64,000 bases of DNA from Planctomycetota bacterium (GCA_002720975.1 PBIX01000007.1:58251-122250); one strand, 5' to 3'. Positions 50,893 through 60,838 are shown, numbered from the stretch's first letter. The notes: generated from the sequence alone by a model not told the origin. Translations and numbers: made by a program.

Positions 50893-52632
50893 ATGCAGAA
50901 CCTCCTCACCATGAGAACGCCTCTACTCGTCACCTTCCTTGGCAGCACCCTTCTGGCAGCGGCCTCCGCCCAAACTTCGGAGCCCCTACCCTTTCCCGGT
51001 GTCCTGATCGGTCCGGGTGAAGTATCGGAGGTCCTGGAATTTGAAACGGACCTGGCGGTGGTCGATGCCCTGACAGACCTCGGCCGGGTCAGCCTGCGGG
51101 GTGTGCCCATGCCCACGGGACAGATCCTCAACCTGGATCTGGAGCGTGTCGAGTTCCAATGGGGATCGCTGGGTGTCTACGTGGACGGTGTGCGCACTGA
51201 ATACGATCCGGGTGATTCCAGCTGCTGGAAGGGCGAGGTTGCCGGAGTGGAGGGCAGCGAGGTCTTCATCTCCTTCTCTTCGTTGGGTAGCTACGGCTGG
51301 ATTCACGACGGCGTGGACTACACGCATCTTAGCGCCATGCCCAATGGCGACGGTGAGTGGGAAGGCGCCCGCATGCGCCTCTACTCGGACAAGGCCCTGA
51401 ACGCAGCCGGTCCAGGGCTCGGCGCCCGCGGAATGGGGACTTGCCTCAGTGATCAGCTGCAAGGCGGCCCTCAGTCTCCTCCGGCCATCAATCCTGCCGA
51501 TCTTTCACCTCCCACCTACGGCGCGGCTCAGAAGCTCGAGTGCAAGATGGCCATTGAGACGGACAACCAGCTCTACAAGAAGTGGAACAATCTGTCCGCC
51601 TGCGAGAACTACGTCTTCGCCCTGCTGGGCGCCATCAGCGACCGCTATGACACCCAGATCGACACCATCCTGACCTTCCCCTATGTGCAGTTCTGGACGA
51701 CCGCGAGCGACCCGTGGAATAGTCAGGATTCGGGCGGCAGCTCGTCCGATCTACTCACCGAGTTCCAGAACGCCTGGGCGGGTAACATCCCCAACGGTGC
51801 CCACCTCGCGCACTTCGTCTCCGGTGCCAACCTGGGTGGGGGAGTGGCTTGGGTCGGTTCGCTCTGCAGCCAGACCTACGGATTTGCCGTGAGTGGCAAC
51901 ATTGATGGTGGTGTGACGTTTCCTGTCACCCAGGGCTCCAACACCTGGGACTTCATGGTGGTTGCCCATGAGACCGGTCACAACTTCGGTACGTCCCACA
52001 CCCACGACTACTGCCCGCCCCTGGACAAGTGCTACAGCAACTGCACGGGCAACACGCAGTGCACCAACCAGGGCACGATCATGTCCTACTGCCACCTGTG
52101 CAGTGGTGGGATGAACAACATCACCACCTATTTCCACCCGAGCGTCGTGTCGACGATGCGTTCGGGGGCAGTCTCCAGTTGCATTCCGAACTGGAACTCG
52201 AACAGCTTTGCGACGGTGTTCTACGACGACTTTGAAGTGGGGGGATTGGTAGCCAACGGCTGGACCAAGGTCAACTCCCGCCGGAAGTCGGACTCGGCCC
52301 ACGAAGGCAACAAGGGGGCCAAGATCCGCAAGTCGGGTAGCATCCTGCGCACGGTGGACACCTCGGGCTTTGGCGAAGTCGTTGTGCGCTACTGGCGCAA
52401 GACCAAGAACTACGATGCGGGCGAAGAGCTACGCCTGCGGTACTCCACGAACGGTGGATCCAGCTGGAAGACTGCTGGAGCCTCCGATGCCATCTCGTGG
52501 GGCTTTGTCGAGTACGCGATGCCCTCCTCCGCGGGCAACAACGCCAACTTCATGATCATGTTCAAGTCCTTTGGCGGCGACGAGCCCAAGGAGAACGGAC
52601 GCGTGGATCAGGTAGAGGTCTTGGGCCGATAG
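50893..52632 (+). CDS. Secreted zinc metalloprotease (metzincin, reprolysin/M12B-like) with a C-terminal beta-rich domain
   Basis: Signal peptide MRTPLLVTFLGSTLLAAASA. Zinc motif HETGHNFGTSHTHD (HExxHxxGxxH). A Cys-rich stretch follows (CPPLDKCYSNCTGNTQCTNQGTIMSYCHLC). Confidence 0.75.
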   Translation: MQNLLTMRTPLLVTFLGSTLLAAASAQTSEPLPFPGVLIGPGEVSEVLEFETDLAVVDALTDLGRVSLRGVPMPTGQILNLDLERVEFQWGSLGVYVDGVRTEYDPGDSSCWKGEVAGVEGSEVFISFSSLGSYGWIHDGVDYTHLSAMPNGDGEWEGARMRLYSDKALNAAGPGLGARGMGTCLSDQLQGGPQSPPAINPADLSPPTYGAAQKLECKMAIETDNQLYKKWNNLSACENYVFALLGAISDRYDTQIDTILTFPYVQFWTTASDPWNSQDSGGSSSDLLTEFQNAWAGNIPNGAHLAHFVSGANLGGGVAWVGSLCSQTYGFAVSGNIDGGVTFPVTQGSNTWDFMVVAHETGHNFGTSHTHDYCPPLDKCYSNCTGNTQCTNQGTIMSYCHLCSGGMNNITTYFHPSVVSTMRSGAVSSCIPNWNSNSFATVFYDDFEVGGLVANGWTKVNSRRKSDSAHEGNKGAKIRKSGSILRTVDTSGFGEVVVRYWRKTKNYDAGEELRLRYSTNGGSSWKTAGASDAISWGFVEYAMPSSAGNNANFMIMFKSFGGDEPKENGRVDQVEVLGR

Positions 52633-52639
52633 GCCGACA

Positions 52640-52673
52640 AGGGCCTTCAAGGATCTTGATCCTTGGGGGCCCT
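52640..52673. terminator. Hairpin between convergent genes; possible bidirectional terminator
   Basis: agggcc...caaggatc tt gatccttg...ggccct. It lies between the protease stop (52632) and the stop of the minus-strand gene (52672). Confidence 0.4.
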
Positions 52674-53682
52674 AGAAGCCCGAGTCGACCGTGACCGCAT
52701 ACACGGCGAACTGCCCGACCCAGTGGTCGTAGTTCAGGAAGTCGCCCTTGAGTTGGTAGTGGCGCTGCATTCCCAGGGCCAGATGTGCGTTAGCCGATCG
52801 TAGGAAGCGTCTGCGGTCGGCTCCGCTCGTCGTCGTGTCGGCCATGCTGCGGAGGCTCCAAAGGCGCGACCAACCCATGCCGTAGGAATGGGACGTCGCA
52901 ATGCGGTTGACGGCGAGATGCTTGTCCTTGATCGGGTCCTGTAGCTGCCAGAAGCCCTGTGCCACTGTCAGGGGTTGCGTGGTGTGAATCAGGTGGTGCC
53001 AGTTGCCAAAAGTCGAGAAGAAGCTCAAGGATGGGTCGAGGTCGCTCTTGAAGCTCGTGCCTGCTATGTCCACCAGGAAATACTGCTGGATCCAACCGTC
53101 CAGAGTGCTCTGGTCCGAGAGGTTTCCAATGTACCCAAGGTATTGGTGCAGCTGGGTGAAGGCCCAGGCCGTGCTGTTGTAGTTGGACGCCAGGGGATCA
53201 ATCTGGGTCACCGAGAAATGACCCAGCAGAGCTTGTGCCACCTCATCGGCCACGGGACGCATACGTGAGGGAGCGGGTCTTCCGTTCTCGATGGCCCATT
53301 TCTCGTATTCGGTAGCCAGGCGGAGGAACCAGGCCCGTGCGTAGGTGTAGGTAACCCAGTTGGCGACCTCGTAGCGCAGCTTGTCGTAGCGCAGCGCATC
53401 TTCGGAGGCCAAAGCGATGGCCTGCAGAGAGGGCACGGCGCGCGCAATGCGGTAGGCGGCCCAGTGGGCATGGACGCTTGAGTGCGTGTCAAACATGCGC
53501 GTGAACACGCGCTTGCCCTTTGTGGGCTGAACACCGGGGTAGATCAGCGTTTCCATTTCCCGGAGGACCACTTCCGTTCGTTGATCTACCGAAGGGGCTT
53601 GAGCTGTGGCCTGAGCACCCAGACCCGTGGGGGCGATGAGGGCCAAAGTCAGGACCGGGGCATACCTATTCCAGGGGCGCAT
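52672..53682 (-). CDS. Secreted hypothetical protein, possibly DUF2891-like
   Basis: Signal peptide MRPWNRYAPVLTLALIAPTGLGAQA. DTHSSVHAHWAAYRIA resembles the HSSVHGHW block I associate with DUF2891. Assignment from memory only. Confidence 0.4.
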   Translation of the reverse strand: MRPWNRYAPVLTLALIAPTGLGAQATAQAPSVDQRTEVVLREMETLIYPGVQPTKGKRVFTRMFDTHSSVHAHWAAYRIARAVPSLQAIALASEDALRYDKLRYEVANWVTYTYARAWFLRLATEYEKWAIENGRPAPSRMRPVADEVAQALLGHFSVTQIDPLASNYNSTAWAFTQLHQYLGYIGNLSDQSTLDGWIQQYFLVDIAGTSFKSDLDPSLSFFSTFGNWHHLIHTTQPLTVAQGFWQLQDPIKDKHLAVNRIATSHSYGMGWSRLWSLRSMADTTTSGADRRRFLRSANAHLALGMQRHYQLKGDFLNYDHWVGQFAVYAVTVDSGF

Positions 53683-53811
53683 GACTCTCCATTATACCCC
53701 CTGCTCCCGCATCGGTCCGAACATGGATGGGTGGGCTCACGGTGTGGGCTCGCACCGTGACCGGGGATCCACCATGGCCGCTGTCCTCTGCCCGCAGGAG
53801 CTCCAGCGGTG

Positions 53812-54237
53812 CTACTCCGCGCGTAACCAGTCTTCGAGCAGGATCATGGCCGACCAGGAATCGCGGCGGTCCTTCCGATCCTGCCCCGTATGACCGGCCT
53901 CCACCAGTCGCGCTTCAGCCTCCTTGGTGGATAGGCGCTCGTCCACCAGGGCGAGTTCGGGGTCGGGGAAGCGCGCACACAGTCGCTCGCAGAACTCCGC
54001 GACGTCCTTGGCACGCGGGCCAGCGGTTCCATCCATGTTCAGGGGCTGGCCCACCACAATGACGCTCACCTGGCGGTCAGCCAGGAGGTCGTCGATGAAA
54101 TCCAGTAGCTCGTCTCCGTCCCCCGCGCCATGGAAGGTAGTCAGGGGCTCGGAGGTGATGCGCAGGGCGTCGGCCAAGGCGAAGCCCGTACGCCGGGTGC
54201 CGTGGTCGATGGCCAGAACCGCTCCGGGGACAGTCAT
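53812..54237 (-). CDS. ruvX: Holliday-junction-resolvase-like pre-16S rRNA nuclease YqgF/RuvX
   Basis: From ATG 54237: MTVPGAVLAIDHGTRRTGFALADALRI...VIVVGQPLNMDGTAGPRA...VDERLSTKEAE. Confidence 0.8.
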   Translation of the reverse strand: MTVPGAVLAIDHGTRRTGFALADALRITSEPLTTFHGAGDGDELLDFIDDLLADRQVSVIVVGQPLNMDGTAGPRAKDVAEFCERLCARFPDPELALVDERLSTKEAEARLVEAGHTGQDRKDRRDSWSAMILLEDWLRAE

Positions 54238-54241
54238 GGGC

Positions 54242-55303
54242 CTAGGCGCGATCAGGCGCCTGCTCGCGTACCTGCTTGACCACCGCACGCACGTCCTGGG
54301 CGTGCTTCTTGGAGCACACAAGACTGGCACCTTCGGTGTGCACCACCACCAGGTCTTCCACTCCAATCAATGCCGTTACGTGGCCGTCTGGCCCGTGCAC
54401 CACGTTGTTTGAAGCGTTGACCGCAATCAACTGCCCCTCGCCGCTACAGCGGTTACCCGCGCCAGCATCGGGCAGTACGTCGTCGAGCGCGGGCCAGGAG
54501 CCTACGTCGCTCCAATGGAACTCTGCTCCCACGACCTTGCAGTCTTCCTCCTTCTCGAGGACCCCCACGTCCACGGAGAGTGGGCTGACGCTTTCCATGA
54601 ACTCCTCAAGGCCTCCCTCGGCACAATCGAGGAGACCGTGCCACAACTCCGGAGCATGTCGTTCCAGGGCCGCCTCGAAGGCCGAGGTGGACCACACGAA
54701 AATTCCACTGTTCCAGAAAAACTCACCGCTGGCCAGGAGCTCTTGGGCCCTGGCCATATCAGGCTTTTCAATGAACTGCCGTACGCCCCATGCCTTGCCT
54801 CCGCTTACGTCCTCGATGGGCTCGCCCGGTTGGATGTAGCCGTACCCCGTGGCTGGAAAAGTCGCTGGGATGCCCAACGTAACCAGGCCCCCCGATTGCG
54901 CAGTGTGGATGGCGGCACCCACGCTCTGCTGGAATGCTTCCCGAGACGGGATGATGTGGTCGGCTGGCAGAACGATCTGGATGGCATCGGGATCGATCTC
55001 TCGCAAGAACTTCTGAGCCAGAGCCAGGCAGGGCAGGGTGTTGCGGCCCACAGGTTCAAGGATCAGGTTCTCTGCTGGCAATTCGGGGAGCTCCGCTCGT
55101 ACGAGGTCTGCGTGACCCTGCCCGCACACCACCAGAATATTCTCGGGATCTACGAGTCCATCCAGTCGCGACCAGGTCCCGCGCAGGAGAGAATGGCCGC
55201 CCTCGACTCTCAGGAACTGCTTGGGCAGATTCTCACGGCTCGCAGGCCAAAAGCGCGTGCCCGACCCCCCCGCCATGATCACTGCGAAGATCGTGTTCGC
55301 CAT
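54242..55303 (-). CDS. Mannose-1-phosphate guanylyltransferase
   Basis: N-terminal AVIMAGGSGTRFWPASRENLPKQFL. NTP-transferase fold with GYGYIQPGE and FIEKPD blocks. Confidence 0.8.
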   Translation of the reverse strand: MANTIFAVIMAGGSGTRFWPASRENLPKQFLRVEGGHSLLRGTWSRLDGLVDPENILVVCGQGHADLVRAELPELPAENLILEPVGRNTLPCLALAQKFLREIDPDAIQIVLPADHIIPSREAFQQSVGAAIHTAQSGGLVTLGIPATFPATGYGYIQPGEPIEDVSGGKAWGVRQFIEKPDMARAQELLASGEFFWNSGIFVWSTSAFEAALERHAPELWHGLLDCAEGGLEEFMESVSPLSVDVGVLEKEEDCKVVGAEFHWSDVGSWPALDDVLPDAGAGNRCSGEGQLIAVNASNNVVHGPDGHVTALIGVEDLVVVHTEGASLVCSKKHAQDVRAVVKQVREQAPDRA

Positions 55304-55332
55304 GGGGGCATGCTACCCGCCCGGAGCGCCAG

Positions 55333-58300
55333 TCAGAAGCGTCGTCGCCGCTTGCTGTAGGGTGGCAGGGGTAGTTTTTGTCCTCCCTTTGAAGGGGGGA
55401 AAAACTGGGAGAAAAGCCCCTTGACCGCCACTTCAGGCCGATCGAGGTTCCCGAGCACGCTGATGCGTAGGAGGCCACTTTGGATCTTGTAGAGCACGCG
55501 AGTGATAGGGCCCAGGCGATCCAGGAGGCTGTAGTTCACCTCCAGGTCATGATTTAGGTTGCCGTTCATCTTCAGCGTGCCGGAGCCGACCAGTGAGAGC
55601 AGGTCGCTCTTGAGTCGGATGTGGTTCATGTCGATCTCGCCCCCAGCCACACCGAAGCGCGCATCAAAGCGGGAGAAGGTGGCCGCAGACTCGAATCCGA
55701 GTTGGGAGAACAGGACCTGGAACACGGGAATGGCCCACAGGTCGGAATTGGTCAGGCGGAAGCGGCCCACCCCCCGGATGCCATTCAGATCGGATAGGCG
55801 TCCGCGCAGCTGCATGTCCGCGTTGATTTTTCCTCGGTTGGCAAAGTCCGAATTGAAGACCCCACGCAACAGTTGCGAGACGTCCACGTCTATCATTTCA
55901 CCGGCCAGGGAGAAGGCGTAGGGCTCGGCCAGGTCCAATGAGAAGAACCCCGAGCGTGCCGAGCCCGGGAGAGCAATGGAGCTCAAGTGTCCCCCTTCAA
56001 AACGTCCGTTCAGGGCTTCGATCGTGAGCCGCGGTTCGAGGTAGGTGACCTGCAAGTTCGTTTGGCTCAGCTTGCGCCCCGCCACTTCGCCCTCAAGATC
56101 ACGCACCTCGGCCGCCGCCCGTACCCGGCCGTTCTCGTAGAACAGGTCGAGGGCGATGTTCTCCGAACGGTGCAGGACCACGGGCAAGCCGAGCCGCAAG
56201 GAGACATCCCGCAAAGTCACGGGACCCTTCAAGTGCATGCCTATCGTCCCGTCCTCTTGGTGGGCAAGCTCGAGCCGTGTGCCGTCCAACTGAATCTCGC
56301 CACTGCAACCCAACTCGCCCAGCAGGGAATCCAGGGTCTGCGCATCCAAGAAGTGCTGCAGGTGCGCCTCATCTATGGGCAGGGATGGTGCTGAGAGTTG
56401 TGCCTCGAGCCACGTGCCTGGAGACCCGGGCTGTAGGACCACTTCGTTGAATGCTACCGGGGATCCAGCCAACTCCGCCGTCAGAGAGGCGAAGGTCCAG
56501 CTGCTTCCGTTGTATTCGCCACCACCTTCCAGCGCTTCCAAGATCGGAGCGTCCTGGGGCCCGATGCGCTTCAGGTGAGTGGAGAGGCCCAGTTGCAATG
56601 CTGGCGGAGGTGAATCCGTGGCCTCGGGGCCCGAGAGGGGCGGCAGCGTGAGCTGTGCCGAGAAGTCCAGGGTCCCGGCCTGCTCCAATTCAGCCAGGGC
56701 AGAAGTGGCGTCCCCTTCGGTGCCGGGGCCGACGAACAGGGCCAGGCTCTCTTTGACCTGGGGGTCCTCCAGATCCAACCCCGCTCCCCAAACGGCGATC
56801 TGGGCCGGGCGCTCTGGCCGTCCATCGGCAGATAGGTACAGCGGCACACGGGAGCCCAGCAGGGGTAGCTGGCCGGAGGTTGCAACGCGCCAGGCCACCT
56901 GCGCAGACCCGAGCGCGTCGCCTTCGGCCTGAGCTTCCTCGTCCGGCCAGCGCAGGTCGAGTGAGGCACGCCCTGCGACGGCCTCCACCACGCCCGGGAG
57001 ATCCGGGGGAGCGGCACGCAGGGGCTCGGCACCCGAGTGAATCTCGACCCACGCCCTTGTCTGTGAATCAGAGGCCTGCACGGAATTCAGCTCCAGGTCC
57101 ACGTGGCCCACCAGTCCCAAGGCGTCCAGATTCTCTGGCGCTTGCCGCCCCAGCCGCTCCCGCAATAGAGGGTCGTTCAGGTCGACTCCGGAGGCTGCGA
57201 CATTCCACCAGACCATCGAGGCTTCGGACGCGCTTTGGGAGCGCCCCAGCACCTGAACGCCACCCTCGCAACCCGCTGCATTTCCAAGCAGGTCAACCGA
57301 GATCGCGCTGCCTCCGGTGCTCCGCCCGTCGATCAAGATAGCCAGATTCCCTCGTGCTGCCTGCAGACCGACTCCCAGCGTCTCGGGGGTCAGGTCGACC
57401 TCTTGCACATCCACCAGGATGTCAGCTGAGAGCTTCTCTTGGCCCGTTTGTCGCCACAGGTCCAACTGGAGATCGAAGCGACCACCGTCCGGTCGGTATT
57501 CCTCGGCTAGCCGCTCGCATCCCTCGAGACCCGATAGTCCGCCCAGGGCTGCTCGAAGTTCATCGTCGACGGCCAAGGCAGTGGCTCGGATGCTCAAGTC
57601 AAACTGCTTTGGTCGATGTTTGCCCTGTTGGCTCGCCGTGGCCAGCCGCAATGGCATCAGATGGCTGGAGCCATTGGCGCGCACCGGGCCCGAGGGATGC
57701 AAGCCTTCCAGGCCGACAAGGGAGAGGCGATCGGGCAGAGCGAGATCTGGGCCGACCAGGTGCGTCACCAGGCCCTCTACTTTCGTGATGGGCAGCGGGA
57801 AGCCGTAGTTGCGCACCCCGCTTCCATCTTCATTGAGGCCGCCCACGTAGGCGCAGGAGGCGTTGCCATCGGCCACCAGGGCGACGGCCCTCTCCAGGGT
57901 CTCAGGCAAGGTGGGGTCCCAGTCGGTGGGGGTACGGAGGCCGACAAAAGCCTCCAATCTGCCGCCCAGGGCCAGACTCTCCCACAGATCCTGGGCCCAC
58001 TCTGCCGACCCGAGCAGCTCCACCAGCTCCTCATCCAGGGCAACCTCCGCCACGTGAGCGAACAACTCGGCCAGGGCATTGGTTGTGCTTGCCCGCGCGA
58101 AGCGAACCTGACCATCAACCCGGGTGTCTTTCCAACGGGCACTCAGGTCTGCCCGACCCTCCCATGCATCACGATCCCAGAGGGAGGGCTCGCGGCTCGG
58201 GGCGAAGCTCGCGGAGCACACCGCCCCAAGATCCACAAGCGTGTGCGCAGGTCGGTTGGCCAACCAGGGCAACCGCACCTCACCCTCGCGCAAGACGGTA

Positions 58301-59142
58301 CGGATATCCAGATGGGGCAGAGCCTCGCGGCCGAAAGCCCAATGGCCCGTTGCATCCAGGTCGGCGCGGCCCTCTGGGTACAGGTCGCGAACCCAATCAA
58401 AGGTGGGCAGCTCGGGCAGGAATCCCGGACCCAGAGGGAGGTCGCGGGCGGTGGAGCGGAACACAAGGCGGCCATCAGTCTCCATTGATCCTTCGAGGAG
58501 AAACTCACCCTGACCCTCTTCGAGTGCAGGGACCATACGTCCCACCAGATGCGGACGTCCCGAGGAGTCCTCTTGCAGTGAAGCGCGGACCGTACCAAGG
58601 GGCATGTCGCCCCACTCCGGTGTCTCCACCTCCAGTCTCAGATCCTCGATGGCCAGAGCTGGGATACGGGTCAGGTCCAAAGGTGTCGGTGCGTTGGGCG
58701 CATCACCGAGCGTGGCCTGTATGCCCTGGACCAGGGGCTCGGAGACGCGCAAGTAGCCGTGGAGGGCCACGGCTTGTTCGAGATACGGTCCCCTGGTCAG
58801 CGACCAACCCAGCCGTAGTTCGAGATCCTGAAGGGCGAGCTCCTCGCGTTGGGCGACGTAGGCAATGCGTCCGATGGTTGCCGAACGGGCTGTCCAGTCG
58901 AGAGCGATCGCGCTCACCTCTATCGTTCCCTCCGCTGCCCCAAGTTGACTCTGCAGGGTGCGTTCAACGAAGCGCTCCAACCGTCCATTGCTTGGGAGCC
59001 AGAGGCCCATTCCCATCAGGATCCAGGCCGTCCAGCCCAGTCCGATCAACACGCGTAGCCACAGGGGTTTGCGTGCCGTCGTCTCAATCGGCGACCCGGG
59101 TACTGCTTGGGGTATCGCTTGAGATGGAGGTTGGGCGTCCAT
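55333..59142 (-). CDS. Giant envelope protein, TamB/AsmA-like (N-terminal TM anchor, long beta-rich body, AsmA-like C-terminal region)
   Basis: About 1270 aa from ATG 59142. It has a single N-terminal TM (LWLRVLIGLGWTAWILMGMGLWL). The C-terminal ...GRFRLTNSDLWAIPVFQVLFSQLG...GEIDMNHIRLKSDLLSLVGSGTLKMNGNLNHDLEVNY... resembles AsmA/TamB C-termini. Confidence 0.5.
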   Translation of the reverse strand: MDAQPPSQAIPQAVPGSPIETTARKPLWLRVLIGLGWTAWILMGMGLWLPSNGRLERFVERTLQSQLGAAEGTIEVSAIALDWTARSATIGRIAYVAQREELALQDLELRLGWSLTRGPYLEQAVALHGYLRVSEPLVQGIQATLGDAPNAPTPLDLTRIPALAIEDLRLEVETPEWGDMPLGTVRASLQEDSSGRPHLVGRMVPALEEGQGEFLLEGSMETDGRLVFRSTARDLPLGPGFLPELPTFDWVRDLYPEGRADLDATGHWAFGREALPHLDIRTVLREGEVRLPWLANRPAHTLVDLGAVCSASFAPSREPSLWDRDAWEGRADLSARWKDTRVDGQVRFARASTTNALAELFAHVAEVALDEELVELLGSAEWAQDLWESLALGGRLEAFVGLRTPTDWDPTLPETLERAVALVADGNASCAYVGGLNEDGSGVRNYGFPLPITKVEGLVTHLVGPDLALPDRLSLVGLEGLHPSGPVRANGSSHLMPLRLATASQQGKHRPKQFDLSIRATALAVDDELRAALGGLSGLEGCERLAEEYRPDGGRFDLQLDLWRQTGQEKLSADILVDVQEVDLTPETLGVGLQAARGNLAILIDGRSTGGSAISVDLLGNAAGCEGGVQVLGRSQSASEASMVWWNVAASGVDLNDPLLRERLGRQAPENLDALGLVGHVDLELNSVQASDSQTRAWVEIHSGAEPLRAAPPDLPGVVEAVAGRASLDLRWPDEEAQAEGDALGSAQVAWRVATSGQLPLLGSRVPLYLSADGRPERPAQIAVWGAGLDLEDPQVKESLALFVGPGTEGDATSALAELEQAGTLDFSAQLTLPPLSGPEATDSPPPALQLGLSTHLKRIGPQDAPILEALEGGGEYNGSSWTFASLTAELAGSPVAFNEVVLQPGSPGTWLEAQLSAPSLPIDEAHLQHFLDAQTLDSLLGELGCSGEIQLDGTRLELAHQEDGTIGMHLKGPVTLRDVSLRLGLPVVLHRSENIALDLFYENGRVRAAAEVRDLEGEVAGRKLSQTNLQVTYLEPRLTIEALNGRFEGGHLSSIALPGSARSGFFSLDLAEPYAFSLAGEMIDVDVSQLLRGVFNSDFANRGKINADMQLRGRLSDLNGIRGVGRFRLTNSDLWAIPVFQVLFSQLGFESAATFSRFDARFGVAGGEIDMNHIRLKSDLLSLVGSGTLKMNGNLNHDLEVNYSLLDRLGPITRVLYKIQSGLLRISVLGNLDRPEVAVKGLFSQFFPPSKGGQKLPLPPYSKRRRRF

Positions 59143-59146
59143 GGGA

Positions 59147-60394
59147 TCAGGACCGGGAGGGGGTCCTGGCCCCCGGCGCCGGAGCTGGAGAGCCAGGCTG
59201 CACAGGCACCTTGGTGTGCTCGAGGGGTGGACTCTGGGACGGAAGGAAAGGCTCGGCTCCACCCACGAACACGCGCGGCAGGCGCCCCAGGGAGCAGCTC
59301 AGCTCGTGGGGAATGGTGCCAAGGCTGTGGGCGAGATCTTCCAGGCGCAGCTCCTCCTCGCCGTCCTTGCCGAGCAGGGTGACTTCCTGTCCCACCCGGA
59401 CTCCATCCAGGTGCCCCACATCTACTGTGGCGTAGTCCATGGACAGTCGTCCCACCAGGGGCGCCCGGCGTCCGCCGATGAGTACGTCCCAGCCCTGCAG
59501 ATTGCGGGGCAGTCCATGCCCGTAGCCGATGGGGAGGGTGGCGATGCGTGTGGGGCGTGGTGCGCGCCAGAGGGAGCCATAGCCCACCGGCGTGTCTGCC
59601 GGAACGTCCTTCAGGAAAACGATCCGGGAGCGCAAGCTCATGACCTGGTTCAAGCCGTCGGGGGGCATCAGGTGTCGGGGTAGTGCGCCGTATGCAGCGA
59701 TGCCCACGCGGACCATTTGCGATCCCGAATCGAGGCCATCGAGACCATCGAGGACGCCGAGGTTCGTGAACAGTCCAGCGGAGTTCAGCGCGTGAATCCA
59801 TCCACATGGCAGACTCTCGTTCCGGGCCTCTTCCACAAGGTCGCGGAACAGGGCTATCTGCGCATGGGAGGATGGGCAGTGCCCCCCCTCTGGAGCGGAC
59901 AGGTGTGTCATCAATCCTGCAAGCTGCAGGTGCGAGGCCTCGTGCACCTCCCGGAGCAGGTCGAGAGCCAAGGATGGGGAGATCCCCAGGCGGCCCATGC
60001 CCGTGTCCACATTCAGATGCACGTGGGCCTGCACTTCCATCATGCGGGCCAGTTCCTGCAGCGACCGACAGCGGTCCACCGCATGGACTCCCACGTGGAT
60101 TTCGTGCCGCAGGCAAGCGGGCAACTCCTCTTCCACCACGGTTCCCAGAATCAGAATGGGTGCCTGGAGCCCAGCCTGACGGAGCTCGAGGGCCTCCTGG
60201 GAGCTTCCCACCCCCAAGGCACCTATCCCACAACGCAGTGCATGATGGGCAATGGCGACGGCTCCGTGGCCATAAGCATCTTGCTTGACCACCAGCATGA
60301 CCCGCACCCCGGAGCCCGCCCGTTGGCATACAGAACGCAGGTTCTGTGCCAGGGCATCGAGGTCGATTTCAGTCCATGCGCGGAAGCTGTCCAT
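59147..60394 (-). CDS. alr: Alanine racemase (with a Pro-rich C-terminal extension)
   Basis: PLP-lysine motif VMLVVKQDAYGHGAVAIA. RVGIAAYG and PVGYG blocks are present. Start taken at ATG 60394 (MDSFRAWTEIDLDAL). Confidence 0.85.
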   Translation of the reverse strand: MDSFRAWTEIDLDALAQNLRSVCQRAGSGVRVMLVVKQDAYGHGAVAIAHHALRCGIGALGVGSSQEALELRQAGLQAPILILGTVVEEELPACLRHEIHVGVHAVDRCRSLQELARMMEVQAHVHLNVDTGMGRLGISPSLALDLLREVHEASHLQLAGLMTHLSAPEGGHCPSSHAQIALFRDLVEEARNESLPCGWIHALNSAGLFTNLGVLDGLDGLDSGSQMVRVGIAAYGALPRHLMPPDGLNQVMSLRSRIVFLKDVPADTPVGYGSLWRAPRPTRIATLPIGYGHGLPRNLQGWDVLIGGRRAPLVGRLSMDYATVDVGHLDGVRVGQEVTLLGKDGEEELRLEDLAHSLGTIPHELSCSLGRLPRVFVGGAEPFLPSQSPPLEHTKVPVQPGSPAPAPGARTPSRS

Positions 60395-60490
60395 CGGTTG
60401 CAAGATAGCGATCGGAGCGGGGTGATCAAAGCAGCCTCCCCGTCTCGAATTCAACCCCGATCCAAAGCGCCCTCAACTCGCATCTGGGCG

Positions 60491-60519
60491 TTGACAATGC
60501 CCCCCAACGGTCGCATTCT
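60491..60519 (+). promoter_or_regulatory. Candidate promoter for the histone-fold gene
   Basis: Perfect TTGACA (60491-60496), a 17-nt spacer, then cattct (60514-60519). It lies about 83 nt upstream of ATG 60602. Pattern match by eye. Confidence 0.3.
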
Positions 60520-60601
60520 CTTCGGCCCGATACGGACTTCACATTTCCGCCCCGATACCCTCGGGGCACCACTGCCCACATTGGGCAAGGCAATCAACAT
60601 C

Positions 60602-60838
60602 ATGGCCAAGAAGGCACGCAAGAAAGCTAAGAAGAAGGCAACCCGCAAGAAGGCCGGCAAGAAGAAGAAGGGCGGTGATCTGATCATCAGCAAGGCGCGC
60701 ACCAAAGCCGCCGCCAGCCTCAACGTCTCCAGCGATTTCTACGTCGCCCTGGACGAGTGTGTCCGCGCTTGCATTGCCGCTGCCGAAGATCGCGCCAACG
60801 CCAACAAGCGTAAGACGCTTCGTCCCCAGGACCTGTAG
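60602..60838 (+). CDS. Histone-fold (DUF1931/Bd0055-like) small DNA-binding protein with a Lys-rich N-terminal tail
   Basis: MAKKARKKAKKKATRKKAGKKKKGG-DLIISKARTKAAASLNVSSDFYVALDECVRACIAAAEDRANANKRKTLRPQDL. The C-terminal RKTLxxxDL matches the histone L2/alpha3 motif (archaeal GRKTIxxEDI). It is the 3' in-frame end of a long spurious track ORF (59717..60838). GC3-rich codons and a strong hairpin downstream. Confidence 0.6.
   Translation: MAKKARKKAKKKATRKKAGKKKKGGDLIISKARTKAAASLNVSSDFYVALDECVRACIAAAEDRANANKRKTLRPQDL

Noticed and set aside
59046-60601. Very long ORFs overlapping alr: 59046..60329 (-, 427 aa), the upstream 295 codons of 59717..60838 (+), and 59806..60288 (+).
   Set aside because: Their Arg/Pro/Gly/Ala-rich composition is typical of off-frame or antisense reading in high-GC DNA. 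The alr frame carries the PLP-Lys motif VVKQDAYGHG and the other family blocks. Only the last 78 codons of 59717..60838 look like a real gene.
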